A stretch of DNA of 64,000 nt from Verrucomicrobiota bacterium (GTDB lineage: Bacteria; Actinomycetota; Thermoleophilia; Gaiellales; Gaiellaceae). Made by a program: the position numbers and the translations under genes. Location: NCBI GenBank assembly GCA_050258035.1, contig JBLMYA010000092.1, positions 24,433 to 88,432 of the forward strand, read 5' to 3'. Positions 37,282 through 46,710 of the stretch are shown here, in pieces (the first letter of the stretch is position 1; every line of letters begins with the position of its first letter). The notes under the pieces are model-generated. The model ran no database searches. It worked only from the letters and a program-made list of their open reading frames with translations, and had not been told where the DNA came from.

Positions 37282-39551
37282 CAGCCGCGCCACGCCTTGC
37301 AGAGCTCGTCCAGCGGCACGTCGAACACGGTTTCCCCGCCGACGACGCCCACCTCGTGCAGCGGTACGCCCTCGAGCCGCGACACATCACCGCGTGCGCA
37401 GGCGATCACCGCCTGGCCGCCACCCTCGCCGAACCAGGCGAGCAGGTCGGGCGGCAGCTCGATCTCCGCGCCGACACCGCTCCAGAGTGCCGCCTGGGCG
37501 AACGCGACCGCGGGCCCCCCGGTGGATACGTCGTGCGCGAGCGACAGGATCGGCCCGGAACGCCAGAGAAACTCGACCAGAGCGCGCTCGGCGCCGAGAT
37601 CGAGGTGCGGTCGGGCGCCGCCGAGCTCGCCGTAGAGCGCCTGGTACTCCGACCACGCGAGCGTGACCGACAGCTTCGGCGCCGATGCGACCAGCACCAC
37701 ATCACCCTCGTGCCAGCGGCCGGGAACGACGGACACGTCGGGCACGAGCCCGACACATCCGACCACCGGCGCCGGCAGGATCGCCCGGCCGTCGGTTTCG
37801 TTGTACAGGGAGACGTTCCCCGAGACGACCGGGATCCGCAGCGCCTCGGCCGCGCGCGCCATACCTTCGATCGCCTCGGCCAGTTCCCAGGCGACCTCCG
37901 GCTTCTCCGGATTGCCGAAGTTAAGGCAGTCCGTCAATCCGATCGGCTCGCCGCCGGCGCAGGCGACGTTCCGGGCCGCCTCCAAGACTGCCAGGGCACC
38001 GCCGGTTCGCGGCGCCGCGCGGGCGATGCGACCCGGACCGTCCAGCGACAGCGCAAGGCCCCGCAACGACGGGCGGAGCCGCAAGATCGCTGCATCCAAT
38101 CCCGGCCGGCGCACGGTCCGCGAGCCCACGAGATGGTCGTAGCGCTCGTAGATCCACGACCGCGAGCGGATGTTCGGGGAGGCGAGCAGCGCGAGCAGCG
38201 CGTCCTCGACGTGGGGGCCGACCGGCGCCGGCGGCTCGGGGCCGGCCGGCCGCCGCGCCCGCTCGACCTCGTAGCGCGGCGCGTCGTCGGTGAGGAACCG
38301 CGCCGGGATCGTGCCGACCGGATCCTCGTCGTGAAACGCGCGCAGCTCGCCGGTGTCGGTCACCTCGCCGATCGCGGAGCAATGCAGTTCCCAGCGGGCG
38401 CATACCTCCTCGACCGCCTCCAGGAACGCGGGCCGCACGACCGCGACCATCCGCTCCTGGCTCTCGGAGATCATGATCTCCCAGGGTTCGAGCTCCTCGC
38501 GAAGCGGCACCCGGTTGAGGTGGACGTCGACGCCGGCTCCGTCCCGTGCCATCTCTGCGAGCGCCGAGGCCAGCCCGGCGGCACCGCAGTCCTGGAGCGA
38601 CTCGACCAGGCCACGTTCGACCAGCTCGATCGACACCTCGATCAGCCTGTTGCCGGTGAACGGGTCGCCGATCTGGACGGAGGGGCGCTTCTCCGCTGCG
38701 CCCTCGCCGAGCTCCTGGCTGGCGAGGACGCTGGCGCCGCCGATCCCGTCCCGGCCGGTCGCCGACCCGTAGAGGACGACGAGGTGGCCGGGCGTGGTCG
38801 CCTTCGCGCGGGTGACCCGGTCGGCGGGAAGCAGCCCGACGCACATCGCGTTGACGAGGCAGTTGTCGGCATAGCTCTCGTCGAAGAAGGCTTCGCCGCC
38901 GACGGTGGGGACGCCCACGCTGTTCCCGTAGGCGCCGATCCCGGCGACCGCCCGGTCGAAGGCGAAGCCCGCCTCTCCGAAGCGCAGGCCGTCGAGCAGC
39001 GCGACCGGCCGGGCGCCCATCGCGACGATGTCCCGGAGGATCCCGCCGACGCCGGTGGCGGCGCCCTGAAACGGCTCGACCGCGGACGGGTGGTTGTGAC
39101 TCTCGACCTTGAAGGCGACCGCCTCGCCGTCCCCGAGATCGAGGACGCCTGCGTTCTCCCCGGGGCCCTGGAGCACGCGCGCCCCGTCGGCGGGGAAGCG
39201 CCTGAGCAGGAGGGCCGAGTGCTTGTAGGCGCAGTGCTCCGACCAGAGCAGCGAGAAGACCGCGAGCTCGAAGTGGTTCAGACCGCGCCCCATCAGCTCG
39301 CGGATACGGTCGAGCTCCCCGTCCGTGAGACCGAGCGCCCGGTGGAGAGGTTCCGCGACCTGCGACAGACGAGCATCGTAGCGGGGAAGCCCGACGACTA
39401 CGCTCTGGCCGTGCCACCGATCGTGGGACGCGAGTCCGAGGTCGCGGTCGTCGAAGCGTTCCTGGGGAGCGACCGCGGTGCCGGCGTGCTCGCCGTCGTC
39501 GGCGAGGCCGGCATCGGGAAGACGACGGTCTGGGAGCACGCGGTCGTCCAT
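37281..39551 (-). CDS. purL: Phosphoribosylformylglycinamidine synthase subunit PurL (FGAM synthase II); 5' end uncertain
   Basis: Contains LLWSEHCAYKHS and the rest of the PurL core. The maximal ORF starts at ATG 39551 but overlaps the divergent LuxR-type gene. The conserved core begins near 39359, where only a CTG (39368) is in frame. Confidence 0.85.
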   Translation of the reverse strand: MDDRVLPDRRLPDAGLADDGEHAGTAVAPQERFDDRDLGLASHDRWHGQSVVVGLPRYDARLSQVAEPLHRALGLTDGELDRIRELMGRGLNHFELAVFSLLWSEHCAYKHSALLLRRFPADGARVLQGPGENAGVLDLGDGEAVAFKVESHNHPSAVEPFQGAATGVGGILRDIVAMGARPVALLDGLRFGEAGFAFDRAVAGIGAYGNSVGVPTVGGEAFFDESYADNCLVNAMCVGLLPADRVTRAKATTPGHLVVLYGSATGRDGIGGASVLASQELGEGAAEKRPSVQIGDPFTGNRLIEVSIELVERGLVESLQDCGAAGLASALAEMARDGAGVDVHLNRVPLREELEPWEIMISESQERMVAVVRPAFLEAVEEVCARWELHCSAIGEVTDTGELRAFHDEDPVGTIPARFLTDDAPRYEVERARRPAGPEPPAPVGPHVEDALLALLASPNIRSRSWIYERYDHLVGSRTVRRPGLDAAILRLRPSLRGLALSLDGPGRIARAAPRTGGALAVLEAARNVACAGGEPIGLTDCLNFGNPEKPEVAWELAEAIEGMARAAEALRIPVVSGNVSLYNETDGRAILPAPVVGCVGLVPDVSVVPGRWHEGDVVLVASAPKLSVTLAWSEYQALYGELGGARPHLDLGAERALVEFLWRSGPILSLAHDVSTGGPAVAFAQAALWSGVGAEIELPPDLLAWFGEGGGQAVIACARGDVSRLEGVPLHEVGVVGGETVFDVPLDELCKAWRG

Positions 39552-42128
39552 GCGCGGGAGTCCGGGGCGACCGTCCTCGTCGCAAGGCCGGCCGAGTCCG
39601 AGGCGAAGCTGTCGTTCGCCGGTCTCACGGACCTCCTGTCACCCGTCCCGCCGAGCCTGGTGGCGGCTCTCCCGGCCCCGCAGCGCGAGGCGATCGACGT
39701 GGTTCTGCTGAAGGCGGAGGCGGCGCGCCCGCCCGGTCGCCGGCTGGTCGGGACGGCGGTTCTCTCCGTGCTGCGCATGCTGGCCGCCGACCGCACGGTC
39801 GTGCTGGCGGTCGACGACGTCCACTGGCTCGACGGGTCGTCGGCGTCGGCGGTCGAGTTCGCGATCAGGCGTCTCGCCGACCAGCCGGTGCGGATGATCG
39901 TCTCGCTGCGCCCCGAGGCTGAGCCGGCCGGGCTCGCCGGTGTCACAGGGGAGCGCGCGGAGCGGCTCGAGCTTGGCCCGCTGTCGGTAGCCGCCCTGCA
40001 CCGGATCATCGCCGCCGCGCTCGGCCGCACCTTCCCGCGTCCGACGCTCGTTCGCATCGCGCACGCCTCTGGAGGCAATCCGTTCTACGCGCTCGAGATC
40101 GCCAGGCTGCTGAGACGCCACGGCGGCCCGCGCGGAGCTGAGACTCTGCCCGTGCCCGAGGATCTGAGAGCGCTCGTCGCGGAGCGCGTGGCCTCGCTGC
40201 AGGCGAGGACGCGGGCGGCCCTGCTGCGTGCCGCCGCGCTCGCGCGACCCGACCTGAGCCTCGTCGACGCTCGCGCCATCGCTGCGGCGGAGGAGGCGGA
40301 GCTGGTGCGGATCGGACTCGACGGGCGCGTCGAGTTCGCTCATCCGCTCTACGCGTCTGCGGTCTACGCGTCTGCACCGCTCAGCCGCCGGCGGGCGACG
40401 CACCGCGCACTTGCCGACCACGTCCACGATCCGGAGGAGCGGGCACGTCACCTCGCGCTCGGCTCCGCCCGCCCCGACGAGACGGCGGCGGCGGCGGTCG
40501 AGGAGGCCGCCCGCCGGGCACGCATGCGGGGCGCGCCCGATGCCGCCGCTGAGCTCGCGGAGCTCGCGCTTCGGTTGACGCCCAGAGGGGCGGGCGCCGG
40601 CGAGCGCCGTCTCGCCCTCGCCGAGCATCTCCAGGTGGCGGGGGACTATGAACGGGCGATCGTGCTCCTCGACGAGCTGGCGGAGGTCGAGTCCGGCGAT
40701 CTCTTGGCGCGCGCCCTGCTCGCGCTCGCCGAGATCGACTTCTGGCGCAAGGGCGAGTCGGTCGCTGTGGCGCTCGCCGAGGAGGCGCTGCGCGCTGCGC
40801 GCGACCCGGTCGTGCAGGCCCGATGCCACGCGGCGATCGCCCTCTACGGCGGCACGGTCGACCTGCCGAAGGCGGCTGCTGCGGCGAGGGCCGCACTTGC
40901 GCTGCTCGAGCCGGTGTCCGATGCCGACCCGGGGCTTGTCGCGGCGGCACTGGGCGCGCTGGTGCGGGCCGACCTGTTCCTCGGCGAGGGCTTCGACGGG
41001 AAGGCCGCAGAGCGCGCGCTCGTCCTGGAATCCGCCTCGCCTCCGAGCGCGGTGGACACGCGGGTCGTGTTCAAGCTCGGCCAGTGGCTTCGCTACGTGG
41101 ACGACTTCGATGCGGCGCGGGAGCACCTCGAGCAGTCGGAGCGGGACGCCTACGAGGAGGGCGACGAGTCCTCGCTCGCGAACATCTTTCTCAACCGGCT
41201 CGTGGTCGAATGCTGGGCGGGCAACTGGTCGGAGGCGGCCGAGTTCGCCGAGCGGATGGGGGAGGCGTTCGACCAGCGAGGAGTTGAAGCAGAGGGCGTG
41301 GGACCGTGGCGGGTCTACGTCGACGCGCACGCCGGAAGGGTGGAGGCCGTGCGGGCAGCGGCCGCGCGCGCGAGGCCGCAGGAGCCGATCGTCGAGATGA
41401 TCTGGAACCGCTGCCTCGGTCTGGCCGAGCTGGCCGCAGGTGAGGACGAGGCCGCCGACAGACACCTCTCGGCGGCGATGGCGGAGCTCGAGCGGGTGGA
41501 CTTCCGCGAGCCCGCGGTGTGGCGGGTCGACGGCGACGCGATCGAGGCGGCGGTGGCGGCCGGTGACCTGCCGAGGGCGGACGCGCTCACGGCCCGGCTC
41601 GAGAGGCGGGCCGCCCGGTCGCGGATTCCGTGGAGCCTGGCCGTGGCCGCCCGCTGCCGTGGGCTCCTGCTCGCGGCGCGGGGTGAGCTGGCAGAAGCTG
41701 CCGACGCGCTCGACCGCGCGCTCGCCGCGCACGATGACTGCCCCGCGCCGTTCGACCGCGCCCGCACCCTGCTCGTGAGCGGCCAGATCTCGCGGCGTCT
41801 GAAGCAAAAGCGGCGGGCGCGCAGGGCGCTCGAGGAGGCGCTCGCGATCTTCCGTCGGCTGGGGGCGGAGACGTGGGCCGACCGGGCGGATGCAGAGCTC
41901 CGGCGGGTGGCGGTCCGGGCGGCGCCACACGACCTGAGCGCTACCGAGCTGCGAATCGCGCACCTCGCTGCGTCCGGGCTCACGAATCAGGCGATCGCGG
42001 GCGAGGTCTTCCTCACCCGGAAGGCCGTGGAGGCCAACCTCGCCCGCGCCTACCGCAAGCTCGGGATCCGTTCGCGGGCCCAGCTCTCCCGGGCGCTGGA
42101 CGCGCGCGAGGCTCGGCCTCGCGCCTGA
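39411..42128 (+). CDS. LAL-type regulator: N-terminal AAA/STAND ATPase, helical repeat middle, C-terminal LuxR HTH
   Basis: Last 905 codons of track ORF 37356..42128. GTG at 39411 (VPPIVGRESEVAVVEAFL), Walker A GEAGIGKT, C-terminal LSATELRIAHLAASGLTNQAIAGEVFLTRKAVEANLARAYRKLG. Confidence 0.85.
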   Translation: MPPIVGRESEVAVVEAFLGSDRGAGVLAVVGEAGIGKTTVWEHAVVHARESGATVLVARPAESEAKLSFAGLTDLLSPVPPSLVAALPAPQREAIDVVLLKAEAARPPGRRLVGTAVLSVLRMLAADRTVVLAVDDVHWLDGSSASAVEFAIRRLADQPVRMIVSLRPEAEPAGLAGVTGERAERLELGPLSVAALHRIIAAALGRTFPRPTLVRIAHASGGNPFYALEIARLLRRHGGPRGAETLPVPEDLRALVAERVASLQARTRAALLRAAALARPDLSLVDARAIAAAEEAELVRIGLDGRVEFAHPLYASAVYASAPLSRRRATHRALADHVHDPEERARHLALGSARPDETAAAAVEEAARRARMRGAPDAAAELAELALRLTPRGAGAGERRLALAEHLQVAGDYERAIVLLDELAEVESGDLLARALLALAEIDFWRKGESVAVALAEEALRAARDPVVQARCHAAIALYGGTVDLPKAAAAARAALALLEPVSDADPGLVAAALGALVRADLFLGEGFDGKAAERALVLESASPPSAVDTRVVFKLGQWLRYVDDFDAAREHLEQSERDAYEEGDESSLANIFLNRLVVECWAGNWSEAAEFAERMGEAFDQRGVEAEGVGPWRVYVDAHAGRVEAVRAAAARARPQEPIVEMIWNRCLGLAELAAGEDEAADRHLSAAMAELERVDFREPAVWRVDGDAIEAAVAAGDLPRADALTARLERRAARSRIPWSLAVAARCRGLLLAARGELAEAADALDRALAAHDDCPAPFDRARTLLVSGQISRRLKQKRRARRALEEALAIFRRLGAETWADRADAELRRVAVRAAPHDLSATELRIAHLAASGLTNQAIAGEVFLTRKAVEANLARAYRKLGIRSRAQLSRALDAREARPRA

Positions 42129-42137
42129 GCGGCGCGT

Positions 42138-43478
42138 TCACCTCACCGTGACCTTGACCGAGGCCGTCGCGTAGCCGGCCGCGGCCCCGCTGACCGGGTG
42201 CGTCCCGGGCTTGAGTGTGAGCAGCACCGTGCCGGACGCGTCTGTCTTCAGCCGCCTGCCGCCGACCGAGATCGTCGCGCCGGGGACGGGGTCGCCGGCG
42301 TCCCGGGCCGAGATCGTCACCCGCGCGGTCGCCGCGTTCTTCGGGCGGGCCGCCGCCCTTGCCTGCAGCGAGAACAGGGCGAGGACGTGGGTGCGCCAGA
42401 AGCCGAGCCCGTTCGCCTTGTCGAGGACCTCGGCGAAGAGATCGGCCGGGCCGGCGGACCCCTCGCACTGCAGGAACCTGAGCCCGTTCCTGGTCTGCTG
42501 CGGGAGCCTCAGCTTCTGCACAGGCTCGTACCCGCCGACGGCGCGGTTCGAGCGTGTGATGAAGAGCTCGTTGTTGTTGTCGCCCCAGGCGACCCACAGC
42601 CGCCCGTCGGGACCGGCGCAGGCGGTCGCGCTGGTGAACGGGCCCCTCGCAAGGGTCTTGGAGCTGCCGCCGTAACGGTAGAGATGGACGGCCTTCGTGT
42701 CGGCGTATGCGACGTACACCCCTGGCGCCCCGATCCGCGCGCTCAGCCCCTCGACGTAGTCGTTGTTGTTACCCCCGTCCGAGAGCACGACGGCCTTCCC
42801 GGTGCTCGGCAGGACCTGCTGGACGTAGACGCCGCCCTTGCCGCCTCCGTATACACCCGCGAGGACGACCGCGCCGCTTCCCGCGTCGGTTGCGAGGTGC
42901 GTGGCGAGCTGGAACGGCGCGTAGGCGGTCTGCGGGATCGAGCTCGGCGGGATGCCCACGGCGGCGGTGCCGCGCCAGCCGGTGACCAGCTGACCGTCCT
43001 TCGTCAGTGTTGCACCGATCACCGAGGAGGCGGCGGCGATCGGGCCGCCCCAGACCTCCGGCTGCAACGTCCAGCTGGCTCCGCTCGCGGGCGCGGTGAA
43101 CGTGCTTATGCCTCCATTCGAGCCGGGGGACGAATGGTCGCCGGTAGCGACCAGGCGGAGCGTCTTGTCCGGCATCACGAGCAGCACGAGCCCGTTCCTG
43201 GCGCCTTCCCAGTGACCCGTCACGGTGGTCGTCCCGCGCGAAGCGCCGCTCGCCGATACGCGCGTGTCGAAGATCGAGCTGGGCGCCTGGTTGCCGCGGT
43301 TCCAGATCACGTGCAGCGTGCCGTCCGGGGTGCGGGCGAGACCGAGCTGGTCGCCGGCGTTGTTCGGGCCGCTGATCCGCGTCCACGAGGGTGCAGCGGG
43401 GGCGGCCGACCCGACCCCGACCGCGAGCACGGCGGCCGCGATGACGAGGGCGGCGCGGATGGGACTGGCTGGGCGCAT
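42138..43478 (-). CDS. Exported beta-propeller-like protein with C-terminal carboxypeptidase-regulatory-like domain
   Basis: ATG at 43478 preceded by GAAGGAGG. Signal peptide MRPASPIRAALVIAAAVLAVGVGSAAPAAP. C-terminus ARVTISARDAGDPVPGATISVGGRRLKTDASGTV. Confidence 0.65.
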   Translation of the reverse strand: MRPASPIRAALVIAAAVLAVGVGSAAPAAPSWTRISGPNNAGDQLGLARTPDGTLHVIWNRGNQAPSSIFDTRVSASGASRGTTTVTGHWEGARNGLVLLVMPDKTLRLVATGDHSSPGSNGGISTFTAPASGASWTLQPEVWGGPIAAASSVIGATLTKDGQLVTGWRGTAAVGIPPSSIPQTAYAPFQLATHLATDAGSGAVVLAGVYGGGKGGVYVQQVLPSTGKAVVLSDGGNNNDYVEGLSARIGAPGVYVAYADTKAVHLYRYGGSSKTLARGPFTSATACAGPDGRLWVAWGDNNNELFITRSNRAVGGYEPVQKLRLPQQTRNGLRFLQCEGSAGPADLFAEVLDKANGLGFWRTHVLALFSLQARAAARPKNAATARVTISARDAGDPVPGATISVGGRRLKTDASGTVLLTLKPGTHPVSGAAAGYATASVKVTVR

Positions 43479-43489
43479 TCGAGCCTCCT

Positions 43490-43792
43490 TCAGGTGTTCT
43501 TCGTGTTGGGCCAGGGAGAGCCGGAGGCCTCGAGGATCCGCTCGAACGGGATCCCGGCCTCCACCGCTGCGCGGCGAACTGCGTCCTCGGTACCGTCGAA
43601 CAGGCAGAGCACGACCTCGTCCTCGCGCATCAGGATCGAGCCGAGGTAGCGCACCGTGTCGCCGGCGGCGGCCAGCTCGGCCGCCGAGGCTCCGGCCCGC
43701 GCGTCGAGGTCGCGCACGGCCTCCTCGTCGACGTCGGGCCAGAAGCACTCGGCCACGTACTCGTTTGTCGGCGGCTTGGGCTTCTCGGCCAC
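43490..43792 (-). CDS. DUF4242-like small protein
   Basis: 100 aa. VRYLGSILMREDEVVLCLFDGTEDAVRRAAVEAGIPFERILE fits the DUF4242 pattern. Confidence 0.6.
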   Translation of the reverse strand: MAEKPKPPTNEYVAECFWPDVDEEAVRDLDARAGASAAELAAAGDTVRYLGSILMREDEVVLCLFDGTEDAVRRAAVEAGIPFERILEASGSPWPNTKNT

Positions 43793-43903
43793 GGAGCCGA
43801 AGCTAGAGCCCGCGGCCCGGCGACGAAAGTGGGGGAAACCCTACGGAATCGCATCCGCCGACCGTCCGGGGCCCGGCCTGCGCCGGTTCACTAGGCTGGA
43901 CGG

Positions 43904-44809
43904 ATGCTGCGTTCCTACCCGGTCCTGCTCTGCCTGCTCTCCGCGCTCTGGGGCGCCTCCTACGTCTTCATCAAGGTGGGCATCCGGGACTTCGAGCCGA
44001 CCGTGCTGATGGCAGCCCGCCTGCTGCTCGCCGGCGTGCTCCTGATCGGGTTCCTCGTCGCCACCGACGGGGACGGACGGGTGCTGGCCGAGATCCGCGC
44101 CGTCTGGCGCCGGGGCATCGTGATCGGGGTGATCAGCGGGGCGCTGCCGTTCACGCTGATCGCGTGGGGGGAGAAGCACATCGACTCGGGCGTGGCGGCG
44201 ATCGCGAACGCGACCGTGCCGATCTGGGTGGCGATCCTGGCGATCAGGTTCAACCCGGGCGAGCGGTCGGGCGGCCTGAAGCTGGTCGGGATCCTCGTCG
44301 GCCTGCTCGGCGTCGGCGTCCTCACCGGCGTGAACCCCGACGGCGGCGCCTGGGCGGTCGTCGGGACGCTCGCGGTCGTGCTCGCAGCGGTCTCCTACGC
44401 CGCCGGCGGGCTCTACAGTCAGCACGCGGTCGCGAGCGCGAGAGGGCCGGTGCTCGCCGCCGCCGGCATGCTCTTCGGCGGGCTCGTCCTCGTCCCGTTC
44501 GCGCTCTTCCAGCTTCCCGACCACGCCCCCGGCTGGAAGCCGGTCGCCTCGCTCCTCGGGCTCGCGATCGCCGGGACCGCCTGCGCCCAGCTGATCTTCT
44601 TCCGGATGATCCGGTTGTTCGGCGCGGCCAGGGTGCTGCTCGTGACCTACCTCATCCCGGGGACGGCGCTGGTCTACGGCTCGCTGCTCCTCGACGAGCC
44701 GCTGCGCCCGACGATGCTCGTCGGCCTGGGGCTGATCCTCGGCGGCGTGGCACTCGGCTCCGGCGCGTGGCGGCCACAGCGGGGGCCGGTCGCGGACTCG
44801 GCCGCGTGA
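43904..44809 (+). CDS. DMT-superfamily (EamA-type) transporter
   Basis: 301 aa, about 10 TM helices in two EamA-like halves. Confidence 0.8.
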   Translation: MLRSYPVLLCLLSALWGASYVFIKVGIRDFEPTVLMAARLLLAGVLLIGFLVATDGDGRVLAEIRAVWRRGIVIGVISGALPFTLIAWGEKHIDSGVAAIANATVPIWVAILAIRFNPGERSGGLKLVGILVGLLGVGVLTGVNPDGGAWAVVGTLAVVLAAVSYAAGGLYSQHAVASARGPVLAAAGMLFGGLVLVPFALFQLPDHAPGWKPVASLLGLAIAGTACAQLIFFRMIRLFGAARVLLVTYLIPGTALVYGSLLLDEPLRPTMLVGLGLILGGVALGSGAWRPQRGPVADSAA

Positions 44810-45666
44810 GCGAAGCCGGAGCCGTCAGCATCCGCCGTGCCGAACGGGGCGACGCCGACTTGGTCAGCGGGCTCCTCGCCCACGACGAGGTCGAGCCCTT
44901 CCTCTCCGCGCGACGCCCTCGGGGCCGGGAGGCGATGCTCGAGCAGATCGACCGTTCGATGCGAGAGCCGGGCTCGTTCGGCGTGTTCGTGATCGAGGTC
45001 GACGGCGACCGGGTGGGCATGATGGAGTTCGAGACCGCGAACGAGCGAAGCCGGATCGCGTACCTCGGCGGCCTCGCAGTCGATCCCGCCTTCCGCGGCC
45101 GCGGGCTGGCCGAGGAGGCGGCACGCGCGCTCATCCATCACCTCCTGCTCGACCTCGGCTTTCACAGGCTGCAGCTGGAGGTCTACGGCTTCAACGACCG
45201 CGCCGTCCGGCATGCGGAACGGGTCGGGTTCGTCCGCGAAGGCGTCAAGCGGAAGGCGTACCGGCGCCACGGCGGCTGGCACGACGGGATCATGTTCGGA
45301 CTCGTTCGGGAGGACCTCGGGCTGCCGCCGGCAGTCGACCTGCTGTACGAGTTCACGGCAAGGCACAACCAGGGCGTCCGGACCGGCGACTGGGAGGCGC
45401 TCGGGGAGTGCTTGGCAGGGGACGCCCGCCTGGAGTTCGGGGGCGTGCAGCTGGGGCCGTTCTGTGGGCGGGAGGCGATCGTCGCGGCGTACCGCGCGCG
45501 CCCGCCCGATGACGAGGTGCGGCTCGTCGATCCGGTCGAGGAGCAAGGCGGCGACGGCGTGAACGCGGGTTACATGTGGTCGCGGTCGCCCGACGAGCCC
45601 GGCGGCACGATGAGGCTCGAGTTCGTCGACGGCCTGATCAGCAGGCTGATGGTCGTCGTCTCGTAG
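44806..45666 (+). CDS. GNAT N-acetyltransferase fused to a SnoaL/NTF2-like domain
   Basis: GTG at 44806 overlaps the upstream stop (GTGA). GNAT motif A is LAVDPAFRGRGLAEEAA. The C-terminal ~110 aa has an NTF2-like pattern. Confidence 0.7.
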   Translation: MSEAGAVSIRRAERGDADLVSGLLAHDEVEPFLSARRPRGREAMLEQIDRSMREPGSFGVFVIEVDGDRVGMMEFETANERSRIAYLGGLAVDPAFRGRGLAEEAARALIHHLLLDLGFHRLQLEVYGFNDRAVRHAERVGFVREGVKRKAYRRHGGWHDGIMFGLVREDLGLPPAVDLLYEFTARHNQGVRTGDWEALGECLAGDARLEFGGVQLGPFCGREAIVAAYRARPPDDEVRLVDPVEEQGGDGVNAGYMWSRSPDEPGGTMRLEFVDGLISRLMVVVS

Positions 45667-45775
45667 TCCTCCGTCAGCCGGCTATCAGCGCGGCCAGGGA
45701 CACTGCGTGCACGGCGGGCCGCTGGTCAGCCGAGCCGCTGGCTCGGGGGGCAAGCTCGAAGCGGCGCCGCGGGCT

Positions 45776-45847
45776 CGGCTGGTGGCCCAGGCAGCGGCCG
45801 CGCTCGAGGCGGCGCACGAACGAGGTCTCGTGCACCGGGATGTGAAG
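45776..45847 (+). pseudogene. Remnant of a Ser/Thr protein kinase (catalytic-loop fragment only)
   Basis: RLVAQAAAALEAAHERGLVHRDVK matches kinase subdomain VIa/VIb (HRDxK), but no flanking kinase sequence exists. Confidence 0.45.
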
Positions 45848-45887
45848 GCGACACGTCTCGAGCAGGCTGTCTCCCGTTTCGAGGCGC

Positions 45888-46169
45888 CTACCGCGTGATC
45901 GTCTTGTGGACCTGCAGGATCTCCGGCTTGCCGGGATCGATCCCAACCTCAGCGAGGATCGGCATCAGGCGTGGTCCGAATGCCTCGAACTTCTCCTGCG
46001 AGTCCCAGACCTCGCTGACGCGCACAATCCCGTTGGACATGAACGCGCAGTGGTACTCCAACCCATCCGGTGGGAAGTCGCCGCCGTCCGACTCGAGACG
46101 GCTGATGGTCTCGTCGTACTGCTCCGTTGTCACAGCCGACGCAGGTGCGAAGCGCACAAGAATGCTCAT
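45888..46169 (-). CDS. Small ferredoxin-like (dimeric alpha/beta-barrel style) protein
   Basis: ATG at 46169 preceded by GGAGGG, 93 aa (MSILVRFAPAS...VSEVWDSQEKFEAF...). Third-position GC is visibly lower than in core genes. Confidence 0.6.
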   Translation of the reverse strand: MSILVRFAPASAVTTEQYDETISRLESDGGDFPPDGLEYHCAFMSNGIVRVSEVWDSQEKFEAFGPRLMPILAEVGIDPGKPEILQVHKTITR

Positions 46170-46239
46170 CTCTGAACCCTCCACATTCCGTGAGGCGGCC
46201 CAGGTCGGGGCTGCCGGGTAACTGGAGAGTACGCCGCAG

Positions 46240-46400
46240 CGATGGCCCTGTCGAACACCAGCCGCGTCGTCGGAGACGCCGACGTCGTGGGGTGCCTCGA
46301 GCGGCGTCAGATTGCAGGTCGATGCAGCCGAGGTTGACGATCCACGCGAGCGCGGGGCGTCGACTGGGAAGTTCAGGCGCCAGCAGTAGCTCCCACACGA
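46240..46400 (-). pseudogene. Frameshifted remnant of a LigD-type NHEJ polymerase/primase domain
   Basis: One frame reads ALAWIVNLGCIDLQ. After a frame change, TTRLVFDRA appears (compare the LigD motif ..LVFDLDP). The call is weak. Confidence 0.35.
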
Positions 46401-46494
46401 AGGTGGACGCCGTGTTATCGAGCCGCGCACCAAGTTAAGGCTGGATCCGCGCGCAGCAACCACCGCACCCACCAACTCGACGAGCCGACCCCGC

Positions 46495-46669
46495 CGAGTT
46501 GACACCCTCGACCGTATTCAGCTACGGGGCTCCGCGACGGGCCCGAGCCCGGTTGGCAGAGCCCAGATCGGGGTCGAAGCATCATCGTCTCGTAGACGCG
46601 ACCGGGATGCCGCTCGCCTGGACGGTGGCCGGCGGCAACCGCAACGACGTCACCCGGCTGCTTCCCTCG
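46495..46669 (+). mobile_element. Degenerate IS5-family (DDE_Tnp_1) transposase fragment with frameshift
   Basis: One frame reads VDTLDRIQLRGSATGPSPVGRA. The next frame continues GSKHHRLVDATGMPLAWTVAGGNRNDVTRLLP. This matches the ..GG..TGPNPTDR.K.GSK.H.LVD..G.PL.. core of IS5-group transposases. No ends or inverted repeats were recognised. Confidence 0.6.
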
Positions 46670-46710
46670 TCTGCCTCAGGAGGCTGCAACCGTCATTCTG
46701 AGACGAGTTC

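Noticed and set aside
37356-39410. First 685 codons of the 1590-aa plus-strand ORF 37356..42128
   Set aside because: This part is antisense to purL, which has unmistakable motifs. Only the part from GTG 39411 (Walker A, LuxR HTH) looks like a real protein.
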